This document shows positions 11,267 to 21,489 of a stretch of DNA of 64,000 nucleotides, one piece after another (position 1 is the stretch's first letter; each line of letters opens with the position of its first letter). The translations under genes and the position numbers were made by a program. The notes below the pieces were generated by a model. The model made no database searches and was not told where the DNA came from. It saw only the letters and a program-made list of their open reading frames with translations. Source of the DNA: an uncultured Oscillibacter sp. (GTDB lineage: Bacteria; Bacillota; Clostridia; Oscillospirales; Oscillospiraceae); contig UQVS01000001.1 in assembly GCA_900544615.1 (NCBI GenBank), forward strand, positions 22,998 through 86,997, written 5' to 3'.

Positions 11267-12538
11267 CTATGAAATAACTTTCCCATCGTACAGATTTCTG
11301 GCTACGGCAATGACGGTATCGCCGGACCGCAGCCGGGTCTTTTCCGAACTGCCGGACGAACGCACCACGGCGTATTCCTCACCGGTGTACAGCACATCCA
11401 CCGGCTTGAACACGGCTTTCGCGCCGGATACGCAGTACACGCCGGTGACGCTGACTTCCTTCGTGATCTCCTCGCCGGTGTCCTCGTCCTTCTCCGTCGC
11501 CGTCTGAGTGGTGACCCGGAGAGCCTCCCGCGGCACCCGGATGCCCTCGATGGCGTCCAGAATGATCTCTGCGCTCTGGCGGCGTAGCAGGGTCAGCTCC
11601 TGCAAGTAGGTGTTTCCCTGAAATACCACCACGCAGCGGCCGTTTTCCTCGGCGCTGACAGACGCCAGCGTGACCTCCAGATCCCGGTCTACATTTTTGG
11701 TGAACCGCAGATGCAGGCTTCCGCTCTTACTGTTTTGCAGGGTCTGCGCTTCCGCAGCGGACACAACGCCGACATAGTACCAGTTTTCCCCAAGGATCAG
11801 CTTCCCGGTATTGGCGGGAATGTCGGCGGGAGCCAGCTTGTCCAGCGCGCTGGGAGTCAGGGTGGAGAGCAGATCCGGCGTCAGCACGGTCTCATAGCCG
11901 TCCACCACGGCGGAAAACAGGCCGGAACGGGGCGAACGGATGGTTTTCACGGAGTTGGCCGCCTGGGATCTCAGGCTTTTCAACTGATCCCGCAGCTCCT
12001 GAAGCTGTCCGCTGAGATCCTCCGTGCCGGAGTAGGTGTAGTCCCGTTTCAGCACCAGCGCCCGCAGCTCCTGCCCGTGATTCTCCGCCGTGTCCATCCG
12101 TCCGGCGGCTGCGGCAGAGCGGTAGTCCAGCAGTGCTTTGGAAATCTGGCTGTCCAGCTTCAGCGTCACCTCCGCCCCCAGCATGGACTCCTGGGCGTAT
12201 TCCAGCTGGTCGATGCGGTTATTCAGCGTTTCGATCTCGTTCTGCCGGTCCAGCGAAGCCTGATCGGCATAGACGGTGGCCACGGCGCCGCCGCTGCTGA
12301 CCCGCTCGCCCTCGCTGCGGCGCAGCTGCATCAATCCGCCGCCGTCGCCCTCCAGCACCTGCTCCTGACGCACCATGCTGCCGCTGATCTCCACGGTGTT
12401 TTCCACCTGATAGGTATAGGCCATCGTGGTCACCATGGGGTCGTTGGCATAGTGGTAGATCTGCACGCCGAAATAGGTCAGGATCCCCAGCGTGACCGCC
12501 GCTATAAGTATTTTACTGATGAGAGAACTGTTTTTCAT
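11267..12538 (-). CDS. HlyD-family membrane-fusion-like protein (N-terminal TM, coiled coil, beta-barrel)
   Basis: Single N-terminal TM, a long coiled-coil segment and C-terminal beta-rich domains. This is a composition-level call. Confidence 0.5.
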   Translation of the reverse strand: MKNSSLISKILIAAVTLGILTYFGVQIYHYANDPMVTTMAYTYQVENTVEISGSMVRQEQVLEGDGGGLMQLRRSEGERVSSGGAVATVYADQASLDRQNEIETLNNRIDQLEYAQESMLGAEVTLKLDSQISKALLDYRSAAAAGRMDTAENHGQELRALVLKRDYTYSGTEDLSGQLQELRDQLKSLRSQAANSVKTIRSPRSGLFSAVVDGYETVLTPDLLSTLTPSALDKLAPADIPANTGKLILGENWYYVGVVSAAEAQTLQNSKSGSLHLRFTKNVDRDLEVTLASVSAEENGRCVVVFQGNTYLQELTLLRRQSAEIILDAIEGIRVPREALRVTTQTATEKDEDTGEEITKEVSVTGVYCVSGAKAVFKPVDVLYTGEEYAVVRSSGSSEKTRLRSGDTVIAVARNLYDGKVIS

Positions 12539-12553
12539 AGAGCCTCGTATGTA

Positions 12554-12796
12554 TTACAGTGCGGAACCCTCCTCCATTTCCCGCAGCTCCACCGGCCGGA
12601 TGGGTACAATGGTGGAGATTGCGTGCTTGTAGATGACCTGCTGGCGTCCATCGCTGTCCAGCACCACCACAAAGGGGTCATACCCCGTGACGATGCCCCG
12701 CATCTGGAAGCCGTTCATCAAAAACAGGGTGACGGGAAGGCGATCCTGCCGGATTCGCAGGAGGAAGAGATCCTGTAGATTTGTTTTTTTCTGCAT
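12554..12796 (-). CDS. hfq: RNA chaperone Hfq
   Basis: [41 protein letters not shown]...[10 protein letters not shown] is the Sm1/Sm2 motif. Confidence 0.92.
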   Translation of the reverse strand: MQKKTNLQDLFLLRIRQDRLPVTLFLMNGFQMRGIVTGYDPFVVVLDSDGRQQVIYKHAISTIVPIRPVELREMEEGSAL

Positions 12797-12844
12797 ATGT
12801 ACCCGCTCCTTCTTTATTTACGGAGCGGTCATCCGCTCCTGCGC

Positions 12845-13789
12845 TTATCCTAAGCCAGAAGCGGAGAGAATTTCCGTCGAAATCTGTAAGGCGCGGGCAA
12901 AATCCCGGTCTTTTTCCCAGAAGATCCAGTGGATATCGGGATTCCGCCGCAGCCAGGTCAGCTGGCGCTTGGCGTACTGCCGGGAACGGAGCTTCACCAG
13001 TTCAATGGCCTCCGGCTCTGTCAGAGCGCCGTCCAGCACCCCCAGAAACTCCTTGTAGCCGATGGCCTGCATAGCGGTGGCATTCCGGGGCAGTCCCATG
13101 GCCAGCAGGGCACGAACCTCGTCCAGCAGCCCCTCCTGCACCATCTTGTCCACCCGGCGGTCGATGAGGGCCTTCATGTCGGCCCGGTCGGCGAACTGCA
13201 AGCCGATCCATACCGCGTCATACCGGGGCGGGATCATTCTGGTGGCGGCATTGTGAGCGGAGATGGTGCTGCCGGTTTCCCGGTAGACCTCCAGCGCCCG
13301 GAGGATCCGCTTTGTGTCGGCAGGGTGGAGGCGCTCAGCGCTTTCAGGATCTACCTGCCGCAGCTCTTCCAGCAGGGGGGCGATGCCCTCCCGCTCAAGC
13401 CGGGTCTCCAGCTCCCGGCGGATCGCGCCGCCGGCGTGACCCTTGGCAAAGCCGTGTCCCCGGATCAGGGCGTCCATCCACAGCCCGGTTCCGCCTACCA
13501 GAACGGGCAGCTTGCCCCGCGCCAGAATATCGTCCACCACTGGGGTGGCTCTGGACACATATTCCGCGGCGCTCCACTGCTCCGCCGGATCCGCCACGGC
13601 GATCATGTGGTGCGGGACACCCTGCATCTCCTCCGCCGTGGGCGCGGCAGTCCCCACCGTCATGCCCCGGTAGATCTGCATGGAGTCCACAGACACCACT
13701 TCACCGCAAAACCTCTGTGCCAGCAACACGCCCAGCGTGGTTTTTCCGCAGGCGGTAGGCCCTGCGATACAGACAATTTTCGGCGCCAT
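12845..13789 (-). CDS. miaA: tRNA dimethylallyltransferase MiaA
   Basis: KIVCIAGPTACGKTTLGVLLAQRF P-loop and the classic miaA-hfq order. Confidence 0.92.
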   Translation of the reverse strand: MAPKIVCIAGPTACGKTTLGVLLAQRFCGEVVSVDSMQIYRGMTVGTAAPTAEEMQGVPHHMIAVADPAEQWSAAEYVSRATPVVDDILARGKLPVLVGGTGLWMDALIRGHGFAKGHAGGAIRRELETRLEREGIAPLLEELRQVDPESAERLHPADTKRILRALEVYRETGSTISAHNAATRMIPPRYDAVWIGLQFADRADMKALIDRRVDKMVQEGLLDEVRALLAMGLPRNATAMQAIGYKEFLGVLDGALTEPEAIELVKLRSRQYAKRQLTWLRRNPDIHWIFWEKDRDFARALQISTEILSASGLG

Positions 13790-13812
13790 CCGCGTCCTCC
13801 TCTCCCGTGGTT

Positions 13813-14406
13813 TTACAGCGTTTTCGCCAATGCGCCCGCCAGCGTGCAGGCCGCTGTCAGCGTGTCTCCCGCCGTATCCGGGCGGGCATCCAGCCCGCCG
13901 GCAAATACATAGTCAAACTGCGGGATGCCAAACATGGCGGCCAGCTGCCGCCAGTGGATCACGCCTACGCTGTCCTCCCGCTCCACATCGCCGCAGCTGG
14001 TGAGGTATACCAGATGTCCGGCCGCGCAGTCCCCGTGGCAGCCCGCCGCGTCGTAATGATAGGTCAGGCCGTTGGCGGAAATGTATTCGATGTACGTCCG
14101 CAGCGCCGCGGGGTAGCTGAGATCCCAGAAGGGGGCCGCCACCGCAACGGCGTCCGCCGCCCGGAACTGCCGGGCCAGCGCGTACACCGGCGCGTCAAAG
14201 GCATTCTCCGCCGCCAGCGCGTCCCGCCGGTTCAGCATCTCCGCGTTGAAGGGCTTCAGCGCCAGCAGCGCTTCCGGGGTGACCTCCTCCACTTCCGCGC
14301 CGGGATGGGATGCCCGAAACGCGGTGAGAAAGGCGTCGGCCAGCGCCTTCGTGCGGGAAGCCCCGCCTCGCTGGCTGATGCAGCAGTTTACAAACAGCAG
14401 TTTCAT
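13813..14406 (-). CDS. flavodoxin-fold FMN-dependent NAD(P)H oxidoreductase (azoreductase AzoR-like)
   Basis: VAVAAPFWDLSYPAALRTYIEYIS matches the AzoR/NAD(P)H-quinone oxidoreductase signature. Start taken at MKLLF. Confidence 0.65.
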   Translation of the reverse strand: MKLLFVNCCISQRGGASRTKALADAFLTAFRASHPGAEVEEVTPEALLALKPFNAEMLNRRDALAAENAFDAPVYALARQFRAADAVAVAAPFWDLSYPAALRTYIEYISANGLTYHYDAAGCHGDCAAGHLVYLTSCGDVEREDSVGVIHWRQLAAMFGIPQFDYVFAGGLDARPDTAGDTLTAACTLAGALAKTL

Positions 14407-14481
14407 CATGGTTCCTTCTTTCTCGGAAAATGGGGTGCCTCCTTGCGGCGTTTCACGTCTTTTGATCGTTGGAGCAGGCGG

Positions 14482-16497
14482 TCACGCCCGCTTGAACAGC
14501 TTTTCCAGCTCGTATTTCCGGATCTTCACCACCACCGGCCGGCCATGTGGGCAGTATCGGACTTCTCCGCTCTGCACCTTCTCCACCAGCACCTTCAGCT
14601 CGGCGGGGTCGCTGGTCCAGCCGCCCTTGATCGAAGCCTTGCAGGCCATGGTGTGAAGCAGCGCCTCCCGCTTCTCGTCCAGACTGCGGCCTGTGCGGAG
14701 CTTCTGGGCAAATTCCTCCAGCGTAGCAGCGGTGTCCGCCGCGTCCAGATCTGCGGGAACCTCCCGCACCAGAACGGCACCGTCGCCGAAATCCTCACAG
14801 CCGAAGCCGAACTGCTCCAGCAGCTCCAGATTTTCCAGCAGCAGCGCGGCGTCCTCTTTTCCCGGCTCCACAGCCACCGGCTGCATCAGGGTCTGCCGCA
14901 TGGGCGGCTCCTTGGCAGCCATCAGGCGGTCGAAATTGATCCGCTCGTGGGCCGCGTGCTTGTCGATGAGCCAGAGGTTTTCGCTGCCATCCTCGCAGAT
15001 GATGTAGGTATGGAACACCTCTCCGGCGATGCGCCACGGCGCTTCCGCGGGCATGACCGTCTCCTGTCCCGGCAGTTCCATGGCCGTCTGCTGAGCCGGG
15101 ATGGCAGGCACAAAGGGCTTGGGCGCAGGGGCCGTTGCAGTGGCCGTCTCCGGTCTTGCAGTCACGGACGCAGGCGCTTTGCCCAGCGCCGAGGGCTGCG
15201 CCGCCTTCACGGCGCCCCGCGGCGGCCAGATGGGCTGCACGCTGTCCGCCACCTTTGCCGTAGAGCGCCATTCCGTATTCCAGACCGGCCGGGCAGGCTC
15301 CGCCGGTTTTACCGGCGGAGGGTTGAATACCGGCTGTACGTCCGCCTTGGGCGGCTGCGGCGTAAAAACGGGTCTGACCGGCGCGGAGGGCGCGGCAGCG
15401 GGCTTTGCGCCCTGCTCCCGATAGCTTTTGGCATCCATGGACTGGAAAAAGTCCTGCCGGGGATTCTGAACCGGCTGATTTGCCGGTTTTACCGGCGATA
15501 CCGCGCCGCCGCGGGCATCCAGCGCGTCCATGACCGTGTGGAACACCGCCTCGAACACATCATGCTCCCGCGCAAATTTCACCTGGGTTTTGGCAGGGTG
15601 TACGTTGACGTCCACCGCCGTAACCGGCAGCGTCACTTCCAGCACACAGCCGGGGAAGCGGCCTTTCAGAAGCTGATTCCGATAGCCCTCTTCCAGCGCC
15701 GCCGTCAGCACCTGGGACTTGATGAACCGCCCGTTGACGAAGAACACCTGCATGGAGCGGGAACCTCGGCCGTTCACCGGGGCCGTCACAAAGCCACGCA
15801 CGGTGATGTCGCCGCCCCGGCCGTCCACCGGCACCAGCGTTCTGGCAAATTCCCGGCCCAGCGCGGCATAGACGGCGGATTCCAGCTTTCCATCGCCGGG
15901 GGTATGGAGGGCTTCCTGCCCATCCTTGATGAATTTGAAGGAAACGTCCGGGTGGCTCAGGGCCAGATGCTGCATCAGCCCCGCCACGGCGGCCGTCTCG
16001 GCGCTGTCCTTTTTCATAAATTTCAGTCGGGCGGGGGTGTTATAGAAGAGGTCTGCCACCCGGATGGTGGTTCCCTCCGGCGCGCCCTCCTCCCGGACAG
16101 GCTCCATATGTCCGCCCTCGCCGTGGAGGGCCGCGCCCACGGCGTCCTCCGGGCGGCGGGTCAGCACGTCCACCCGGCTGACGGCGGAAATGGCCGCCAG
16201 AGCTTCCCCCCGGAAGCCCAGCGTGCCGATTCTGGCAAGATCCTCCGCCGTGCGGAGCTTGCTGGTAGCATGGCGCAGAAACGCGGTGGGCAGCTCCTCC
16301 GGCGCGATACCGCAGCCGTTGTCCGTCACCCGGATCAGGCTCATGCCGCCCCGCTGGATCTCCACCACAATGGCGGAGGAACCGGCGTCAATGGCGTTTT
16401 CCACCAGCTCCTTGACCACGGAAGCAGGGCGCTCGACCACCTCGCCGGCGGCGATGAGATCGGCGACATGAGAGGATAATTGTTGAATATGCGGCAT
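14482..16497 (-). CDS. mutL: DNA mismatch repair protein MutL
   Basis: MPHIQQLSSHVADLIAAGEVVERPASVVKELVENAIDAG is the GHKL ATPase region. Start moved to MPHIQ (RBS AAGGAG, 6 nt). Confidence 0.95.
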   Translation of the reverse strand: MPHIQQLSSHVADLIAAGEVVERPASVVKELVENAIDAGSSAIVVEIQRGGMSLIRVTDNGCGIAPEELPTAFLRHATSKLRTAEDLARIGTLGFRGEALAAISAVSRVDVLTRRPEDAVGAALHGEGGHMEPVREEGAPEGTTIRVADLFYNTPARLKFMKKDSAETAAVAGLMQHLALSHPDVSFKFIKDGQEALHTPGDGKLESAVYAALGREFARTLVPVDGRGGDITVRGFVTAPVNGRGSRSMQVFFVNGRFIKSQVLTAALEEGYRNQLLKGRFPGCVLEVTLPVTAVDVNVHPAKTQVKFAREHDVFEAVFHTVMDALDARGGAVSPVKPANQPVQNPRQDFFQSMDAKSYREQGAKPAAAPSAPVRPVFTPQPPKADVQPVFNPPPVKPAEPARPVWNTEWRSTAKVADSVQPIWPPRGAVKAAQPSALGKAPASVTARPETATATAPAPKPFVPAIPAQQTAMELPGQETVMPAEAPWRIAGEVFHTYIICEDGSENLWLIDKHAAHERINFDRLMAAKEPPMRQTLMQPVAVEPGKEDAALLLENLELLEQFGFGCEDFGDGAVLVREVPADLDAADTAATLEEFAQKLRTGRSLDEKREALLHTMACKASIKGGWTSDPAELKVLVEKVQSGEVRYCPHGRPVVVKIRKYELEKLFKRA

Positions 16498-16507
16498 ATT
16501 TTTCTCC

Positions 16508-17215
16508 TTATACGGATGCCCAGACACTCAGGGCATTGGCGGCAGTGTGGAGCAGAATGGAACTCCACAGGGTGCCTGTGTGATCATAGGCCCAGGCCAG
16601 CACCAGCCCCGGCACCAGATACTGCACCATCAGCAGAAAGTAGGTGATGTCCCGCTGCACCACGGCGAACTGCCACACATGGAGCAGGGCGAACAGCAGG
16701 CAGCTGACAAGATACGCCACCACCCGGCTTTTGCTTTTCAGATTTCCAAATACCAGTCCCCGGAACAGGACTTCTTCCACAAAGGGCGCCAGAAAAATGA
16801 CGATCAGCAGCGTGACCCTCGGCGCGTCGTGGATCTGGGCGGAGATGGCGGTATCGTTCAGATTCGTGTGGTTATTCACCAGCAGACGGGTCAGGCGGTA
16901 CATCAGCTCGTTGAGGCCGTACAGGGCGATCAGCCCTACTGCGACGGCTTTGCAGGCGTTGCCCAGATTGTCCGCAAAGTTCCGGGTCGTGCGGCCAAGG
17001 AAGCTGTGGAAAATGACCAGCGTCACGGCAAAGAGGACGTAGTAGTAAATGGCGTTTTTCAGGGATGGGGAAATTGCGGTACCCAGCAGCCGCTCCGCAA
17101 GGCGGAACAGGGGAGCGGTGGCAAAGGGCAGCACTACCAGATAGATCACGAAGAAAACCGTTCCGGCGATCTGTTCGCCGGGGGACATATAGGGTGCGGA
17201 TTTATGTTTGGCCAT
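16508..17215 (-). CDS. CPBP-family (CAAX protease/bacteriocin-processing) intramembrane metalloprotease
   Basis: Polytopic with the EEVLFRG motif, conserved His in LFALLHVW and a later HTAAN motif. Confidence 0.8.
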   Translation of the reverse strand: MAKHKSAPYMSPGEQIAGTVFFVIYLVVLPFATAPLFRLAERLLGTAISPSLKNAIYYYVLFAVTLVIFHSFLGRTTRNFADNLGNACKAVAVGLIALYGLNELMYRLTRLLVNNHTNLNDTAISAQIHDAPRVTLLIVIFLAPFVEEVLFRGLVFGNLKSKSRVVAYLVSCLLFALLHVWQFAVVQRDITYFLLMVQYLVPGLVLAWAYDHTGTLWSSILLHTAANALSVWASV

Positions 17216-17347
17216 TCTAAGGCTCCTTTGTGTGGTTTCAGTGCGCGGAAAAACAGACGCCTGACCGGCAGACTCATGATCTCTCTGCGCCCGCAGGCCG
17301 GCGCTGCCCGTGCTTCGGCAAGAAGCTCTCTGCGGAAACGGAGCGTG

Positions 17348-19957
17348 TTACCGGCTCAGCTTCTGCTTCAGCTCATACAGCAGGCTCATGGCCTCAATGG
17401 GCGTCAGCGTATCCGGCTGACAGCGGCGGATGGCGTCCAGCACCTCGCCCTCGCTCATGGCGTCCAGCGAGACCTGATCGGTCTCTTTCCGGGCGGCCAC
17501 GTACTGTACGCCGTTTTCGTCCTCCAGCTCCTTCAGAATGACCTTGGCCCGCTGAACCACTTTCTCCGGCAGTCCCGCCAGCTTGGCCACCTCAATGCCG
17601 TAGCTGCGGTCGGCTCCGCCGGGGACGATCTTCCGCAGGAAGATGATGTCCTCCCCCCGGCGCTTGACGGCAATATTATAATTCACGGTGCCGGGGAGGG
17701 TGTTTTCCATCTCTGTCAGCTCATGGTAATGGGTGGCGAACAGGGTCTTGGCCCCCAGCGTCTTTTTGTCGGCGCAGTATTCCAGAACGGCGCGGGCAAT
17801 GGCCATACCGTCAAAGGTGGAGGTTCCCCGGCCGATCTCGTCGAGGATCAGGAGGGAATTTTTGGTGGCCTGATGGAGAATGTCGGAGACCTCCGTCATC
17901 TCCACCATAAAGGTGGACTGCCCGGCGGAAAGATCGTCGCTGGCGCCGATGCGGGTAAAGATCCGGTCCACCACGCCGATATGGGCGTATTTGGCGGGGA
18001 CGAAGCTGCCCATCTGGGCCATGAGGACGATCAGCGCCACCTGCCGCATATAGGTGGATTTACCAGCCATGTTGGGGCCGGTGATGATGGCCACCCGCTC
18101 CTCCTTTTCCCCCATAAACGTATCGTTGGGGACAAACAGGCTGTCCTTCAGCACTTTTTCCACCACGGGGTGACGGCCCTCCCGGATCTCGATGACCCCG
18201 GATTCGTCCACCTCCGGACGGCAGAAGTTATTGTGTACCGCCACGGCGGCAAAGGAGCAGAGAGCGTCGCACTCCGCCACGGCGGCAGCCGTTTTCTGAA
18301 CGCGGGCGGCGTTGTCCGCGATCCGCTGGCGCAAGGCGGAGAACAGCTCAAATTCCAGTGCCACCACCCGCTCGGAAGCCGTCAGGATCTCATGCTCCAG
18401 ATCCTTCAATTCCTGGGTGATGAACCGCTCGCCGTTGACCAGCGTCTGCTTGCGGATATAGGTCTCCGGCACCAGCTCCTTGAAGGCGTTGGAAACTTCA
18501 ATGTAGTAGCCGAACACCTTGTTGTAGCCGATTTTCAGCGTGCGGATGCCGGTTTTTTCCTTTTCCTTGGCCTCCATCTCCGCAATGACGCCCTTGCCGC
18601 TTTTCAAAATGTGCCGCAGGCGGTCCACCTCTTCGTTGAAGCCGTCCCGGATGATGCCGCCCTCCCGGACGGAAAACGGCGGCTCGTCGCAGATGGCGGC
18701 GGCGATGTCATGGCTGATATCGTCCAGCGTGTCCAGCTCCGCCGTCAGCTCGGTGATGCGGCGGTCGGAGAAAGCGGCAAGCTGCTCTTTCAGGTTGGGC
18801 AGCTTTTCCATGGCCGCCCGGAGGGAGGTCAGATCCCGGCCGCCAGCAGTGCCGTAGACAATGCGGCCGATGAGGCGCTCCATGTCGCCAAGGCCGGTCA
18901 TGCCGGCGATCAGCTCCTCCCTGCGGATGGTGTCGTTCACCAGCGCCGCCACGGCGCTGGAACGGCGGTCAATATCCGTGACGGACAGCAGGGGCCGCTC
19001 CAGCCAGCTCCGCAGCATCCGGCCGCCCATGGGGGTTTTCGTTTTGTCCAGCACCCACAGAAGGCTGCCCTTTTTCTCCTTGCCCCGGAGGGTCTCCGTC
19101 AGCTCCAGATTCCGGCGGGCGGCCAGATCCAGCTCCATGAACCGGCCTTGACGGTAGTAATCCAGCTCCCGGATGTGGGAGAGGTCGGTTTTCTGGGTTT
19201 CATAGAGGTAATTCAGCAGGCCGCCCAGCGCCATGGCCGCCGCAGGCTCCCCGGCGGGCAGCTTGGCAAAGGCCTCCTCGCCGAACTGGGCGCGGATGTT
19301 CTTCTCCGCCTCCGTCAGACGGAAGCGCCGCTCCCCGCCGTTTTCGTACCGGCAGTGGAATTTGTCGGCCAGCACGTCCGTCAGCACCTTTTCGCTGAAA
19401 GCGCCGTCGCTGAGGATGGCCTCAGCGGGGTTGAACCGCCCCAGCTCATTGATGATGTGGGTCAGGGCGTCCTTACCGGAAAAGGCGGTGAGGTGGGTCT
19501 CGCCGGTGGAGAGGTCGCAGAAGGCCACGCCGCCTCCCTGACTATCCAGATAAATACCGCAGAGGTAGTTGCCGGACTTGTCGTCAAGGCACGCGGCGTC
19601 AATGACGGTGCCGGGAGTCACCACCCGGATGATGTCCCGCTTCACCAGCCCCTTGGCGGTGGCGGGGTCCTCCATCTGCTCGCAGATGGCCACCTTGTAG
19701 CCCTTGGCGATGAGCCGGGCGATGTAGGATTCGCTGGCGTGGTAGGGAATCCCGCACATGGGTACCCGCTCCTCCTCCGGCTTGGCGTGCTTGCCGTGAT
19801 CGCGGGAGGTGAGGGTCAGATCCAGCTCTTTGGAGGCAAGCTTTGCGTCGTCGGCGAACATTTCATAGAAGTCCCCCAGGCGGAAAAACAAAATGGAATC
19901 CGGGTGATCCTTCTTGATTTCCAGATACTGCTTCATCATGGGGGTCAGTTCCGCCAT
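17348..19957 (-). CDS. mutS: DNA mismatch repair protein MutS
   Basis: MAELTPMMKQYLEIKKDHPDSILFFRLGDFYEMF N-terminal mismatch-binding domain and a Walker A GPNMAGKST. Confidence 0.97.
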   Translation of the reverse strand: MAELTPMMKQYLEIKKDHPDSILFFRLGDFYEMFADDAKLASKELDLTLTSRDHGKHAKPEEERVPMCGIPYHASESYIARLIAKGYKVAICEQMEDPATAKGLVKRDIIRVVTPGTVIDAACLDDKSGNYLCGIYLDSQGGGVAFCDLSTGETHLTAFSGKDALTHIINELGRFNPAEAILSDGAFSEKVLTDVLADKFHCRYENGGERRFRLTEAEKNIRAQFGEEAFAKLPAGEPAAAMALGGLLNYLYETQKTDLSHIRELDYYRQGRFMELDLAARRNLELTETLRGKEKKGSLLWVLDKTKTPMGGRMLRSWLERPLLSVTDIDRRSSAVAALVNDTIRREELIAGMTGLGDMERLIGRIVYGTAGGRDLTSLRAAMEKLPNLKEQLAAFSDRRITELTAELDTLDDISHDIAAAICDEPPFSVREGGIIRDGFNEEVDRLRHILKSGKGVIAEMEAKEKEKTGIRTLKIGYNKVFGYYIEVSNAFKELVPETYIRKQTLVNGERFITQELKDLEHEILTASERVVALEFELFSALRQRIADNAARVQKTAAAVAECDALCSFAAVAVHNNFCRPEVDESGVIEIREGRHPVVEKVLKDSLFVPNDTFMGEKEERVAIITGPNMAGKSTYMRQVALIVLMAQMGSFVPAKYAHIGVVDRIFTRIGASDDLSAGQSTFMVEMTEVSDILHQATKNSLLILDEIGRGTSTFDGMAIARAVLEYCADKKTLGAKTLFATHYHELTEMENTLPGTVNYNIAVKRRGEDIIFLRKIVPGGADRSYGIEVAKLAGLPEKVVQRAKVILKELEDENGVQYVAARKETDQVSLDAMSEGEVLDAIRRCQPDTLTPIEAMSLLYELKQKLSR

Positions 19958-20058
19958 AAAAATACCTCTTTCTATGTCTCGTAATCTTGTGTGTCTTTTT
20001 GCGCCGTGCGGAGCGAGTCCGCGCTATTTCATTGATGTCTCGCCTGAAAGGGAATAAT

Positions 20059-21471
20059 TTATACCGGCTCGCCGTACAGCGCCCAGGTGTTGCTGTCCGT
20101 GATCATCACGTCGATAAACTGCCCGATCAGCTCTCTGCCGCCTTTGAGCCGCACCAGCCGGTTGCCCTCGGTGCGGGAGGCGAGGGGAAATGCCTCGTCG
20201 TCGCTTTCGCCGTCCACCAGCACCCGGACCGTTTTGCCCACATAGGCGGCGTGGAGCCGGGCGGAGTTGGCGTTCTGCACTTCCAGGAGCTTATCGAACC
20301 ACTTCTGCTTTTCCGCGCGGGTGGCGGGATCCGGCATGGAGGCCGCTTTCGTACCGGGACGGGGGGAGTAAATGAAGGTAAAGAGGGCGTCAAAGCCCAC
20401 CTCCTCCACCAGAGACACGGTGTCCATGGCCTCTTCCTCCGTCTCGCCGGGGAAGCCGATGATCACGTCGCTGGTCAGCACCAGACCGGGCATAACCTTT
20501 TTCGCATAGTTGATTTCCGCCAGATACTGCGCCCGCGTATAACGGCGGTTCATCTCCTTCAGCACCCGGTCGTTGCCGGACTGGAAGGGGAGATGGAGCT
20601 GCTTTGCCACATGGGGGCAGTTTGCCATCACGTCGAAAAGACGGTTTGTGGCGTCCTTGGGATGGCTGGACATAAAGCGGATCAGGTACTCACCGGGAAT
20701 TTTGTCGATGTCCTCCAGCAAGTCGGGGAAGTGGTAATCCAGCCCCAGATCGTTGCCGTAGGAGTTGACGTTCTGGCCCAGCAGGGTGATGTCCTTATAC
20801 CCGGCTTCTACCAGCTCCCGCACCTCCTGCAAAACGCACCGGGGATCCCGGCTCCGCTCCCGGCCCCGGACGTAGGGTACGATGCAGTAGGAGCAGAAGT
20901 TGTTGCAGCCGTACATAATGCTGACCCACGCTTTTACGCCCTTTTCCCGCACCACGGGGATGCCCTCGGCGATGGTGCCGTCCTCATTGTCCACAGCAAA
21001 GACCCGCTTCCGGGTCTCGTACACCTGCCACAAAAGCTCCGGGAATTTCCACAGGGCATGGGGGCCGAACACCAGATCCACGTGGCGGTAGGACTCCTTC
21101 ACCCGTTTGGACACCCGCTCCTCCTGCGCCATGCAGCCGCAGAGGCAGATGACCTGCTCCGGGTTTTCCTTTTTCGTGTGGGTCAGGATGCCCAGATTGC
21201 CGAACACCCGCTGCTCCGCGTGTTCCCGGACGGCGCAGGTATTCAGGATCACCAGATCCGCCTCTTTGGCATCCTCGGTAAAGGTAAAGCCGCAGTCCGC
21301 CAGCATTCCCATAAGCTTCTGGCCGTCCGCCACATTCTGCTGACAGCCGAAGGTATCCACACAGGCCACAGGATGGGCTTCCCGCGCGTTGAACATCTCT
21401 TTGATCTTTGCTTCAAAATCCCGCTGACGCGCCAGAGCGTCCTCAGGCACCAGTACGTTTTCCCGCTTCAA
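20059..21471 (-). CDS. miaB: tRNA-i6A37 methylthiotransferase MiaB (radical SAM)
   Basis: TFGCQQNVADGQ N-terminal UPF0004 cysteines, the radical-SAM CNNFCSYC motif and a TRAM domain. TTG start with GGAGGAG RBS. Confidence 0.9.
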   Translation of the reverse strand: MKRENVLVPEDALARQRDFEAKIKEMFNAREAHPVACVDTFGCQQNVADGQKLMGMLADCGFTFTEDAKEADLVILNTCAVREHAEQRVFGNLGILTHTKKENPEQVICLCGCMAQEERVSKRVKESYRHVDLVFGPHALWKFPELLWQVYETRKRVFAVDNEDGTIAEGIPVVREKGVKAWVSIMYGCNNFCSYCIVPYVRGRERSRDPRCVLQEVRELVEAGYKDITLLGQNVNSYGNDLGLDYHFPDLLEDIDKIPGEYLIRFMSSHPKDATNRLFDVMANCPHVAKQLHLPFQSGNDRVLKEMNRRYTRAQYLAEINYAKKVMPGLVLTSDVIIGFPGETEEEAMDTVSLVEEVGFDALFTFIYSPRPGTKAASMPDPATRAEKQKWFDKLLEVQNANSARLHAAYVGKTVRVLVDGESDDEAFPLASRTEGNRLVRLKGGRELIGQFIDVMITDSNTWALYGEPV

Positions 21472-21489
21472 ATGGTAACTCCTCCAAAA

